Shown: positions 45,251-53,505 of the stretch, piece by piece | How positions within the stretch are numbered: the stretch's first letter is position 1 | How the letters are laid out: every line of letters begins with the position of its first letter | Assembly: GCA_016197155.1 (NCBI GenBank) | Contig: JACPWF010000015.1 | Location: 8,157 to 72,156 of the forward strand | DNA: 64,000 bases | From: Candidatus Omnitrophota bacterium | Lineage (GTDB): Bacteria > Omnitrophota > Gorgyraeia > 2-02-FULL-51-18 | Direction of reading: 5' to 3' | The notes under the pieces: model-generated | The model's input: only the letters and a program-made list of their open reading frames with translations | Told to the model about the DNA's origin: nothing | Database searches by the model: none | Made by a program: the position numbers and the translations under genes

Positions 45251-47230
45251 ATCGACAAGGCCGCTCTTTTATCCCATTGCCCCCTTTTTTCCGGCTTGAG
45301 CCAATGGGAACTCAAGTCCATCGGCGGGCTCATGCGCCTGGTCGAATACAAAAAGGACGAGGTCGTTTACCGCGAAGGCGCCGAAGGCGGAAATTTTTAC
45401 ATCATCGTCTCGGGCCGGTTTGAGGCCTTTTCCTCCTCCGCCGGCCGGCAAAAAACGCTCGCGTATCTGCGGCGCGGGGATTATTTCGGCGAGATGTCGC
45501 TTTTGTCGAGCGAACCCCACTCGGCGACTTTGCGCGCGCTCTCCGATTCGATTCTTCTCGAATTAAAAAAAGAAGACTTCAAAAAAACCATCGAACACAA
45601 CGCCACCGTGGCGCTGGAACTCGGCCGCAGGCTGAGCTCCCGCCTCCGGGGCGGCGGCTCGCGCACCCTTTTTAAGAACGACGTGATCGGCGTTTTGGAT
45701 CGTCCGCAGTGGGCGGGGGCGGAGGCGTTTTCGTTTCGTTTGGCCGCCGACCTTTTTCGCGAAACCCATCAGAAAACCATCCTGCTCGATCTGCGCCTCG
45801 ATGCGGCCTCTCCGGCCGACCCTTCTCTAAAGGCCGTGTCCTTCAGGAATCTTCAAAATATTGAAAACGCGCCTCCCGAACTGCTTTCGCCGAACCTTGT
45901 CGCGCATCCGGCCGGTTTTCAGGTGCTCACCATTCTCCGGGACGGAAAGGATTCCTTTCGGGAGGAGGGGATCCCTTTGATTTTCAACCATCTGGCGATG
46001 GAGCACCGCTTCATCGTGGTCTGCCTGCCGCGCGTTTTGGACGAGACCGCCATGAAAGTGTTCACCCAATCGGATTCCATTTACGTCGTGACCGACAGCG
46101 ATCTGTCCAATATCAACGAAACCAAGGAGATGCTCGCGGACATCGAGAAGGCCTCCTCGCTGTCGGCGGATAAAATATCGGTGGTCATCCACGAAGTGCT
46201 TTTGGGGATGCGCACGACCCGCAGTGTTCGAAAGGAATTGTTCGGCGACAAGCCCTGCTTTTCGCTTCCCCCCGTTCAGGATGAAGAGCACGCGCGTGTC
46301 GTGCGCTACATCGCGCGGAAGGTGAGCAACTCCCTTGTGGGTCTGGCGCTGGGCAGTGGCGCCGCGCTCGGACTCGCGCACATCGGCGTTTTGAAAGCGC
46401 TCGAACGGGAAAAAATTCAGGTCGACATGATCGCCGGCTCGAGCATTGGCGCCCTCATCGGCGCCCTATACGCGGTCGGCCTCTCGGCCGGTCAGGTCGA
46501 GCAGGCGGCGCTCGAGATCAACAGCCCCTTTCGCATCATGCGGCTCATGGACCCCAGCCTCTGGCCTTTTCACGGGCTCATCCGCGGCCGGAAGGTGATC
46601 CGCCATTTCCGCTCCCATTTGGGAAATAAAACCTTCGAGGAATGTCGCATCCCGCTTCGCATCGTCGGCGCGAATCTTTCCCGGCGGTGCGCGCAGGTTT
46701 TTGAATCGGGTCTCATCGCGGACGCGGTGCGGACCTCGATCGCGATCCCCGCGATCTTCACGCCGGTTTTCATGAATAAAGAAGTGATTGTGGACGGAGG
46801 CATCCTGAGCCCCTTGCCCGTGCGCGTCCTGCACGAGGCCGGCGCCCACAAGGTGATCGCGGTGAATGTTTTTCCCACCGCCAAAGACGCGCTGGAAAGG
46901 CGTCTTTTTCTCGGGGAGGTCGAGGAGAAAGAGACGCTTGCCGCGCGGCGGAAAAATTGGTTCGGCCGGAACTGGTTCTTCGTCAAAAAGTTTTTTGCGC
47001 GGAAATTTTCGGCCAATATTTTCGACGTGCTCATGAACACCATTCAAACCATGGAATCCGAGATCGCCGAGGTCGAATCGGAGTCCGCGGACCTGGTTCT
47101 GCGCCCGGTGCTGGCGAACGCCAACTGGGTCGAGTTTTTCCGGCCGAGTATTTTCATCAAAAAAGGGGAAGAGGAGACGATGAAAATGCTTCCGAAAATC
47201 AAAGCGCTTGTGTCTCAACAAAATGTCTGA
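45251..47230 (+). CDS. cNMP-binding domain + degenerate MinD/ParA-like domain + patatin phospholipase
   Basis: PLFSGL and FGEMSLL...HSAT (cNMP); GSGAALG, GSSIG and DGG (patatin). Start inferred at ATC 45251 behind AAGGAG; the first canonical start is TTG 45296. Confidence 0.85.
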   Translation: MDKAALLSHCPLFSGLSQWELKSIGGLMRLVEYKKDEVVYREGAEGGNFYIIVSGRFEAFSSSAGRQKTLAYLRRGDYFGEMSLLSSEPHSATLRALSDSILLELKKEDFKKTIEHNATVALELGRRLSSRLRGGGSRTLFKNDVIGVLDRPQWAGAEAFSFRLAADLFRETHQKTILLDLRLDAASPADPSLKAVSFRNLQNIENAPPELLSPNLVAHPAGFQVLTILRDGKDSFREEGIPLIFNHLAMEHRFIVVCLPRVLDETAMKVFTQSDSIYVVTDSDLSNINETKEMLADIEKASSLSADKISVVIHEVLLGMRTTRSVRKELFGDKPCFSLPPVQDEEHARVVRYIARKVSNSLVGLALGSGAALGLAHIGVLKALEREKIQVDMIAGSSIGALIGALYAVGLSAGQVEQAALEINSPFRIMRLMDPSLWPFHGLIRGRKVIRHFRSHLGNKTFEECRIPLRIVGANLSRRCAQVFESGLIADAVRTSIAIPAIFTPVFMNKEVIVDGGILSPLPVRVLHEAGAHKVIAVNVFPTAKDALERRLFLGEVEEKETLAARRKNWFGRNWFFVKKFFARKFSANIFDVLMNTIQTMESEIAEVESESADLVLRPVLANANWVEFFRPSIFIKKGEEETMKMLPKIKALVSQQNV

Positions 47231-47242
47231 TAAATTGAGAAG

Positions 47243-48442
47243 ATGATGAGTTCTGAGATCGTAATCGTCGACGGTGTCCGCACCGCTCAAGGCGCCCTCG
47301 GCGGGGGCCTGCGCGAATTGCCGGCTCAAAAACTCGGCGAGACCGTTGTCCGCGCGCTTCTCGAGCGCACGCGTCTGGATGCCTCGAAAATCGATGAAGT
47401 GATTTTCGGCTGTGTCGGCCAATCGAGCGACGCCCCCAACATCGCGCGCGTCATTTCCCTCATGGCCGGGGTTCCCAAAACCGTTCCCGGCTACACCGTC
47501 GCGCGGAACTGCGCGTCAGGTATTCAATCCATTGTCAACGCCTGCCAGAATATTTTATCCGGAGACGCCGATGTTCAGATTGCCGGCGGCGCCGAATCGA
47601 TGTCTTCCCAGCCCTATTTAAGCCGCGACCTGCGTTTCGGCCGTCGCCTGCGGAATTCCGAAATGGTGGACTCCCTGTGGGAAGGGCTCACCGATCCCAT
47701 CTGCGGCCAGCTCATGGGACGCACCGCGGAAAACCTGGTCGAGGAATTTAAAATCACCCGCGAGGCCCAGGACGCGTACGCGGTTGCTAGCCACCAAAAA
47801 GCCTTTCGGGCCGCCCGCGAGGGAAAGTTTAAGGAAGAGATCGTCCCCGTTTCCGTTCCCAAAAAAGCCGCCGGCCGGCAGATGCCGCCCGAAATCGTCA
47901 CGCAGGACGAAGGGGTGAATCCCGCCCTAAACGAACAGACCCTCGCGCTTTATCCGCCCCTCTTTAAGGAAGGGGGCACGGTCACCGCCGGAAATTCCTG
48001 CGGCATCGCCGATGGCGCGGCCGCACTTTTAATCATGTCCCGCAAAAAAGCCGATGCGCTTGGTTTCAAAGAAGTCCTCGGGACGATCCGCGCCTACGCA
48101 TTCGGGGGAGTGGAACCGCAGAGGATGGGCATCGGCCCGACGGTCGCGATTCCGCTCGCGCTTAAAAAAGCGGGCCTTTCATTAAAAGACATTTCACTCA
48201 TTGAATTGAACGAGGCGTTCGCCGCGCAGGTGATCGCCTGCGAAAAAATACTGGGCCTGGACCGGAATATTTTGAATGTGAACGGCGGCGCGGTCGCGAT
48301 CGGCCATCCGGTCGGGATGACGGGCGCGCGCATCACGCTCGCGCTTTTGAATGAAATGAAAAGAAGAAAATTGAAATACGGCCTGGCCTCTTTGTGCGTC
48401 GGCGGCGGGCAGGGCGCGGCGCTGGTCCTGGAGAGAAAATAG
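47243..48442 (+). CDS. Acetyl-CoA C-acyltransferase (thiolase)
   Basis: NCASG, NEAF, GHPVG and CVGGG catalytic motifs. Confidence 0.95.
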   Translation: MMSSEIVIVDGVRTAQGALGGGLRELPAQKLGETVVRALLERTRLDASKIDEVIFGCVGQSSDAPNIARVISLMAGVPKTVPGYTVARNCASGIQSIVNACQNILSGDADVQIAGGAESMSSQPYLSRDLRFGRRLRNSEMVDSLWEGLTDPICGQLMGRTAENLVEEFKITREAQDAYAVASHQKAFRAAREGKFKEEIVPVSVPKKAAGRQMPPEIVTQDEGVNPALNEQTLALYPPLFKEGGTVTAGNSCGIADGAAALLIMSRKKADALGFKEVLGTIRAYAFGGVEPQRMGIGPTVAIPLALKKAGLSLKDISLIELNEAFAAQVIACEKILGLDRNILNVNGGAVAIGHPVGMTGARITLALLNEMKRRKLKYGLASLCVGGGQGAALVLERK

Positions 48443-49659
48443 TGTTCATCTACAAGGCCGCCGTGGTCGGCGGCGGCGCGATGGGGGCCGGCATCGCCCA
48501 GGTGATCAGCTATTCGGGACTGCCGGTGATTTTGAAAGAAACAAGCGACGAGCTCGCCGAAAAAGCGCTGTCCCATATTCGAAAAATCTATCAGGCGCGC
48601 GTGGACAAGGGCAAGATGACCGCCCAGGAACTCGAGACAAAAATGGCGCTTGTGAGCGTCACCGCCCGCATCGAGGATTTGAAAGAAGCCGATATCGTCA
48701 TCGAGGCGGTGCCCGAAAAACTGGATCTAAAGAAAAAAGTTTTCGGGGAACTCGACGCGATTTTACCCGAAGGGTCCATCTTGGCCAGCAACACCTCGGC
48801 CCTTTCCATCAGCGCCCTCGGCGCGGCCACGCGGCGGCCCGACAAAGTGGTGGGCATCCATTTTTTTTATCCCGCCCACGTCATGAAACTCATCGAAGTC
48901 ATCCCGGGCCTGGCCACGTCGGAGGAAACGGTGAACGACGCCTCCGCCTTTTGCGAGACCTTGAGAAAGCTGCCCGTCCGCGTGAACGAATGCGCGGGGT
49001 TTCTCGTGAACCGTCTTCTCATGCCGTACCTGAACGAGGCGGCGTTCTGTGTCGAGGAGGGGAGCGCCGATTTTAAGGAAATCGACAAGGCGATGGTCGA
49101 GTTTGGTTTTCCGATGGGGCCTTTTATTCTGGTGGACACGATTGGTCTCGACATCTGCCACGACGTGGCGGGAGTTTTACTTGAGGAGTACGGCGCACGC
49201 ATGAGGCCCTCGCGGCTTTGGGAAGAAATTTATTCCAAAGGCCGGTACGGGGTGAAGTCCGGGAGCGGATTCTACGATTATTCCGCCGCGGCGGGGGACA
49301 AAACGGTCGAGGAGGCCGTCAAAAAACTGCGCGCCCAGGCCCCGGCCAAAAAAGCGCCGTTTTCCCAGAAGCGGCTTCTTTTAGCCATGATCAACGAGGC
49401 CGCGCTCTGCATTCAGGAACACGTCTCGTCCCCGGGCGACATCGACGTGGCGGTGCTGGCGGGGATCGGGTTTCCTCAAAATAAAGGCGGGGTTCTCCAA
49501 TACGCCGACGAGATCGGGGTGGATGTGATTTTACGGGAATTAAACACCCTTTGCGGGGTTTACGGCGAGCGGTTTTTTCCGGCGCCGCTCATTAAACGGA
49601 TGGTGAAGGCCGGTTTTCTGGGCAAAAAAACAAAACGGGGATTTTTGGAACATGCCTGA
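48442..49659 (+). CDS. 3-hydroxyacyl-CoA dehydrogenase with a duplicated C-terminal domain
   Basis: GGGAMGAGIA, EAVPE, SNTS, HFF and GFLVNR, plus two C-terminal repeats (FPMGPF; GFP...GG..QYAD). Confidence 0.92.
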   Translation: MFIYKAAVVGGGAMGAGIAQVISYSGLPVILKETSDELAEKALSHIRKIYQARVDKGKMTAQELETKMALVSVTARIEDLKEADIVIEAVPEKLDLKKKVFGELDAILPEGSILASNTSALSISALGAATRRPDKVVGIHFFYPAHVMKLIEVIPGLATSEETVNDASAFCETLRKLPVRVNECAGFLVNRLLMPYLNEAAFCVEEGSADFKEIDKAMVEFGFPMGPFILVDTIGLDICHDVAGVLLEEYGARMRPSRLWEEIYSKGRYGVKSGSGFYDYSAAAGDKTVEEAVKKLRAQAPAKKAPFSQKRLLLAMINEAALCIQEHVSSPGDIDVAVLAGIGFPQNKGGVLQYADEIGVDVILRELNTLCGVYGERFFPAPLIKRMVKAGFLGKKTKRGFLEHA

Positions 49660-50437
49660 TTATCAATTTTTGAATTTATCCATTGAAGAGGGGATCGGGT
49701 TTGTCAAAATAAACCGCCCGCCGGTGAACGCGCTCGGCCGCGGGTTTTTGGATGAGCTCGACCGGTTGATTGACGAGGCCGCCGCGGACAAGCGGATCAA
49801 GGTTTTGATTTTCGCAAGCGCCATCCCGAACGTCTTCATCGCCGGCGTGGATTTAAAGGAAATGGCCGAGCTTTCGACCCCCGACGAAATTTTAAAAGTG
49901 GTCCGCCGCGGACAGGAGGTTTTTAACAAGCTGGAAAATTGCCAAAAACCGGTGATCGCCGCGATCCAGGGCGCCTGCGTCGGCGGCGGGCAGGAATTTG
50001 TGATGGCCTGCCACATCCGCATCGCCTCGGACCGCACGCGCTTCGCCCAGCCCGAGATCACGCTCGGCATCATTCCCGGATTCGGCGGCAGTCAGCGCCT
50101 GCCGCGCATTGTCGGCGCCGCGCGGGCGACTGAGCTCATTCTCACGGGCGACCTCTTGACGCCGCAGGAGGCCTTTCGGATGGGCTTGGTGAATCACGTG
50201 GTGTCGGACGGGGCGCTTCTCAAGACCGCCCGCGAAATCGCCAAAAAAATCGCGCGCCACGGGCTCCCGGCGATCCATGCGGCGATGCGCGCGATCGGCC
50301 GGGGACTCGACCTGCCGTTGGCCGAAGGCCTGAAGGCCGAGGCCGAAGAATTTAAATCCATCGCGGCGACCCGCGACATGCAGGAAGGCATCAAGGCCTT
50401 TCTCGAAAAGCGCCAGCCCAAATTCACCGACAGCTAA
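49652..50437 (+). CDS. Enoyl-CoA hydratase (crotonase family)
   Basis: RPPVNAL, FIAGVD, GGGQE, PEITLGIIPGFGG and FLEKR.P motifs. Confidence 0.93.
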   Translation: MPDYQFLNLSIEEGIGFVKINRPPVNALGRGFLDELDRLIDEAAADKRIKVLIFASAIPNVFIAGVDLKEMAELSTPDEILKVVRRGQEVFNKLENCQKPVIAAIQGACVGGGQEFVMACHIRIASDRTRFAQPEITLGIIPGFGGSQRLPRIVGAARATELILTGDLLTPQEAFRMGLVNHVVSDGALLKTAREIAKKIARHGLPAIHAAMRAIGRGLDLPLAEGLKAEAEEFKSIAATRDMQEGIKAFLEKRQPKFTDS

Positions 50438-52210
50438 ATGAGTGGTGTCCCCGCCAACCTCGCTCTTTTATTCGAAGAAACCGTCCGGCAATTTCCCGAC
50501 AAACAGGCCTTTCTCTTTAAACAAAGCGGCCGCTACGAGGCCCTCACGTGGAGCCAGGCCGCCGGAAAAGTTCGCGCGGTAGCTTCGGCGCTTTTGCGTC
50601 TGGGCGTGAAATCAGGCGACCGCCTGGCCATCCTTTCTGAAAATCGCCCCGAGTGGGCCATTTTTGATCTGGCCGTTTTGAGTATCGGCGCGGCGACCGT
50701 TCCCATTTACACGTCGCTGACTTCGTCCGAGATCCAGTACATTCTCTCCGATGCGGGCGTTCACGCGATCGCCGTTTCCAATAAATCCCTGCTCGAAAAG
50801 ATCGTTCCTATTCACCGGTCCCTCCCGGCGCTTCGCCGCGTCGTGATCTTTGAGGCCGCCGCGGCCGTGTCCGGAGGGGAACTTGCGATCCCCGTTTCGT
50901 TGATGACGGAATGGGAAAAAGAAAATCCCGATCCCGGCCTTCCGCGCGCGCGCGGCGCCGTGGAGGCCGACGCCATCGCCAGCGTCATCTACACCTACGG
51001 CACGACGGGCGAACCCAAAGGGGTCCTTCTCACGCACGACAATTTTATCCAGAACCTTCTCATGTGCCGCACGGCCCTTCGGATGGGGCCGTCCGACGTT
51101 CACCTGTCTTTTTTACCGCTCTCGCACGTGTTTGAGCGCCTGGCGGGTTATTATCTGATGGTCCACATCGGCGCGACGATCGGTTACGCCGAAAACATGG
51201 ACACTGTTTCCGGGGATCTGGCCCGGGTGCGGCCCACGTTCATTTTGGGCGTGCCGCGTTTCTTCGAAAAAATCCGCGCGCGCGTCCTCGAAGCCGTCGA
51301 AAAGGCCGGCCCCGTCCGCAAGGCGCTTTTCTTTTGGGCGCGGGATTTAAAGAAAAAGAAAGGCCCTTTTTTCAAATTAAAACACGCGATCGCCACGGCC
51401 CTCGTTTATAAAAAATTTAAAGGCCGCCTCGGCGGGCGCGTGCGGTTTTGCGTGTCGGGCGGCGCGCCGCTGGCCAAGGAGATCGCCGAGTTTTTTTATG
51501 ACTTGGACGTCCTGATTTACGAAGGCTACGGCCTCACGGAGACCTCGCCCGTCATCAGCGCCAACCGCGAGGATCGTTTCAAATTCGGAACGGTGGGGAT
51601 CCCGCTCGAGGGCGTGCGCGTGCGGATCGCCGAAGACGGTGAAATTTTGACCGAGGGCCCCTGCGTCATGAAAGGGTATCTGAATAAACTGCAGGAAACC
51701 GCGGACGTTTTAAAAGACGGCTGGTTTCACACGGGCGACCTCGGCCTCATCGACCCGGACGGATTTTTGACGATCACCGGCAGAAAAAAAGACCTCATTG
51801 TCACCTCGGGCGGCAAGAAGGTCGCGCCGCGTCCGATCGAGGAGCTTCTGGAAAGCGACCCCTTCATCCGCCGCTGTGTCCTTTTTGGGGAGGGAAGGCG
51901 ATTCATCACGGCCCTCATCGTCCCGGACCCCGAGCGCGTTCGGGAATACGCCCAAACCCAAAAGATTGCTTTCAAAACGTACCAGGATCTTCTGAAAGAT
52001 GAAAAGATTTATTCGTTCCTCGAACAGCGCCTCGAAAATTTATCCGCGCATCTGGCGAATTTCGAGAAGATCAAATATTTCGCGCTTCTCGAATTTGATT
52101 TTTCTCAAGACTCGGGGGAACTCACCCCCACGCTCAAGGTGAAGCGCGACGCGGTCCTGTCGCGCCACAAGGATCTCCTCCTCCCGTTTTACGAAAGGGA
52201 AAACCCCTGA
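50438..52210 (+). CDS. Long-chain fatty acid-CoA ligase (FadD15-like)
   Basis: YT(Y)GTTGEPKG, FLPLSH, EGYGLTE, TGDLG and ELTPTLKVKR motifs. Confidence 0.92.
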   Translation: MSGVPANLALLFEETVRQFPDKQAFLFKQSGRYEALTWSQAAGKVRAVASALLRLGVKSGDRLAILSENRPEWAIFDLAVLSIGAATVPIYTSLTSSEIQYILSDAGVHAIAVSNKSLLEKIVPIHRSLPALRRVVIFEAAAAVSGGELAIPVSLMTEWEKENPDPGLPRARGAVEADAIASVIYTYGTTGEPKGVLLTHDNFIQNLLMCRTALRMGPSDVHLSFLPLSHVFERLAGYYLMVHIGATIGYAENMDTVSGDLARVRPTFILGVPRFFEKIRARVLEAVEKAGPVRKALFFWARDLKKKKGPFFKLKHAIATALVYKKFKGRLGGRVRFCVSGGAPLAKEIAEFFYDLDVLIYEGYGLTETSPVISANREDRFKFGTVGIPLEGVRVRIAEDGEILTEGPCVMKGYLNKLQETADVLKDGWFHTGDLGLIDPDGFLTITGRKKDLIVTSGGKKVAPRPIEELLESDPFIRRCVLFGEGRRFITALIVPDPERVREYAQTQKIAFKTYQDLLKDEKIYSFLEQRLENLSAHLANFEKIKYFALLEFDFSQDSGELTPTLKVKRDAVLSRHKDLLLPFYERENP

Positions 52211-53064
52211 CAGAATCTTCCTGGGAAGGCCACCGGTTTCTCTCGTTCGACGAGACGCCCATCTACTACCGCTACCGGAAATTGGAAAAGGGGCGAAAGG
52301 GGCTCGTCCTCATCGTTCACGGAATGGGGGAGTACGGCGGCCGCTACGCGCATGTGGCCGAATATTTCGCGGGCCTGGGTTTCGAGAGCGCGGCAATCGA
52401 CCAGCGGGGTTTCGGCCAAAGCGGGGGAGCGCGGGGCTGTGTCCGCCGGTTCTCGGATTTTCACAGGGATTTGGGCGCCCTTCACGGCCTTTTTTATAGA
52501 CGGGAAAACGGGTTGCCGGTTTTTCTTCTAGGCCACAGTTTTGGCGGCCTTGTCAGCGCTTCTTACGCGGCGTTTTGCGAGCACCCCCCTTTAAAGGGGC
52601 TCATTCTTTCGTCTCCTTTTTTTGGGATCGCCGCTCGCGTGCCGCTCTGGCGGAATCTTTTGGCGGCTATCACCGCGCGTGTCTGGCCGAATTTCACCCA
52701 GCCGACCTCCATTGATTATCTGAAGCTCACCCACGACAGGGGCATGCTTGAAAAATACAAGGACGACCCCTACATTTATCACCGCATCAGCGCCGGTTTT
52801 TACATTGAGCTTACCCGGATGTTCAGGCGCCAGGCCGAAATGGCCCAAAAACTCCGCGTCCCGCTTCTGGTTTTGCAGGCGGGGGACGACGCGCTGGTGA
52901 GGAAGGACAAGGCCCTCCTTTTTTACGAAGAGGCCGCCTCCCCCGATAAAGAGCTGGAAGTTTATGAAGGGTTTTATCACGAGATCCTGAACGAGACCGG
53001 CCGCCGGCGTGTCCTGGACCGCATAGGGGCCTGGACCCTAACGCATTTGCCGGTAAAGGGATAA
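52207..53064 (+). CDS. Lysophospholipase/monoacylglycerol lipase (alpha/beta hydrolase, PldB-like)
   Basis: HGMGEY, DQRGFG.S, GHSFGG, D and HEILNE. Start inferred at CTG 52207, overlapping the fadD stop; the first canonical start is TTG 52282. Confidence 0.88.
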   Translation: MTESSWEGHRFLSFDETPIYYRYRKLEKGRKGLVLIVHGMGEYGGRYAHVAEYFAGLGFESAAIDQRGFGQSGGARGCVRRFSDFHRDLGALHGLFYRRENGLPVFLLGHSFGGLVSASYAAFCEHPPLKGLILSSPFFGIAARVPLWRNLLAAITARVWPNFTQPTSIDYLKLTHDRGMLEKYKDDPYIYHRISAGFYIELTRMFRRQAEMAQKLRVPLLVLQAGDDALVRKDKALLFYEEAASPDKELEVYEGFYHEILNETGRRRVLDRIGAWTLTHLPVKG

Positions 53065-53090
53065 GCGGGTTAAGCATATTTGTCACCCCC

Positions 53091-53119
53091 TTTATCTGGG
53101 TTCAAGGGGAGGGTATACT
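53091..53119 (+). promoter_or_regulatory. Putative promoter with an overlapping inverted repeat
   Basis: TTTATC-17 bp-TATACT, overlapped by GTTCAAG-N11-CTTGAAC. Confidence 0.45.
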
Positions 53120-53157
53120 TGAACTAGAGGTAAAAAGTTCGTCAGGGGGTGATGGCG

Positions 53158-53298
53158 ATGTTTAGACACGATATTCTAACAGGCCTATTGATCGGAGTGA
53201 TTCTCGGGCTAGTTTTTACGGCTCAGCTTGCTCCGCATCTGGCCGTGATCGTATTTCTGGCCGTCCTTTTCGGGGCCAGGATGATCGACCTAAAATAA
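53158..53298 (+). CDS. Small hydrophobic membrane protein (46 aa, absent from the ORF track)
   Basis: AGGGGGTG RBS, then MFRHDILTGLLIGVILGLVFTAQLAPHLAVIVFLAVLFGARMIDLK*, followed by a terminator. Confidence 0.7.
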   Translation: MFRHDILTGLLIGVILGLVFTAQLAPHLAVIVFLAVLFGARMIDLK

Positions 53299-53299
53299 C

Positions 53300-53328
53300 A
53301 GGCGGTCGTTAGCGTTTCCGCCTTTTTT
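53300..53328 (+). terminator. Intrinsic terminator
   Basis: AGGCGG...CCGCCT stem followed by a T-tract. Confidence 0.55.
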
Positions 53329-53367
53329 CGCGCGCTCTAATGGCGCACGGGAAAGGGCGGTTTTTTG

Positions 53368-53396
53368 TTGATATTTTCCCGCGATTTGTTTATGAT
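53368..53396 (+). promoter_or_regulatory. Putative sigma70 promoter (leaderless)
   Basis: TTGATA-17 bp-TATGAT; ATG 53404 is 7 nt downstream. Confidence 0.55.
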
Positions 53397-53403
53397 TCGA
53401 GCC

Positions 53404-53505
53404 ATGCCTTTCTTTTCCTTTTTTAACCCCAACCGCGAGACCTTCCTGGGGGTTGTCCTGGGAATATTTCTCGTCGCGCTCGTCAGGGCGGCCTTGCGTT
53501 TTTGA
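53404..53505 (+). CDS. 33 aa hydrophobic ORF, possibly the frameshifted N-terminus of the M23 peptidase
   Basis: MPFFSFFNPNRETFLGVVLGIFLVALVRAALRF*; its TGA overlaps the TTG of the next ORF at a T5 run. Confidence 0.45.
   Translation: MPFFSFFNPNRETFLGVVLGIFLVALVRAALRF

Noticed and set aside
45251-47230. CBASS/Pycsar-type patatin defence effector
   Set aside because: No cyclase or CD-NTase is nearby and the neighbours are fatty-acid catabolic genes; a metabolic role fits better, though a distant cyclase cannot be excluded.
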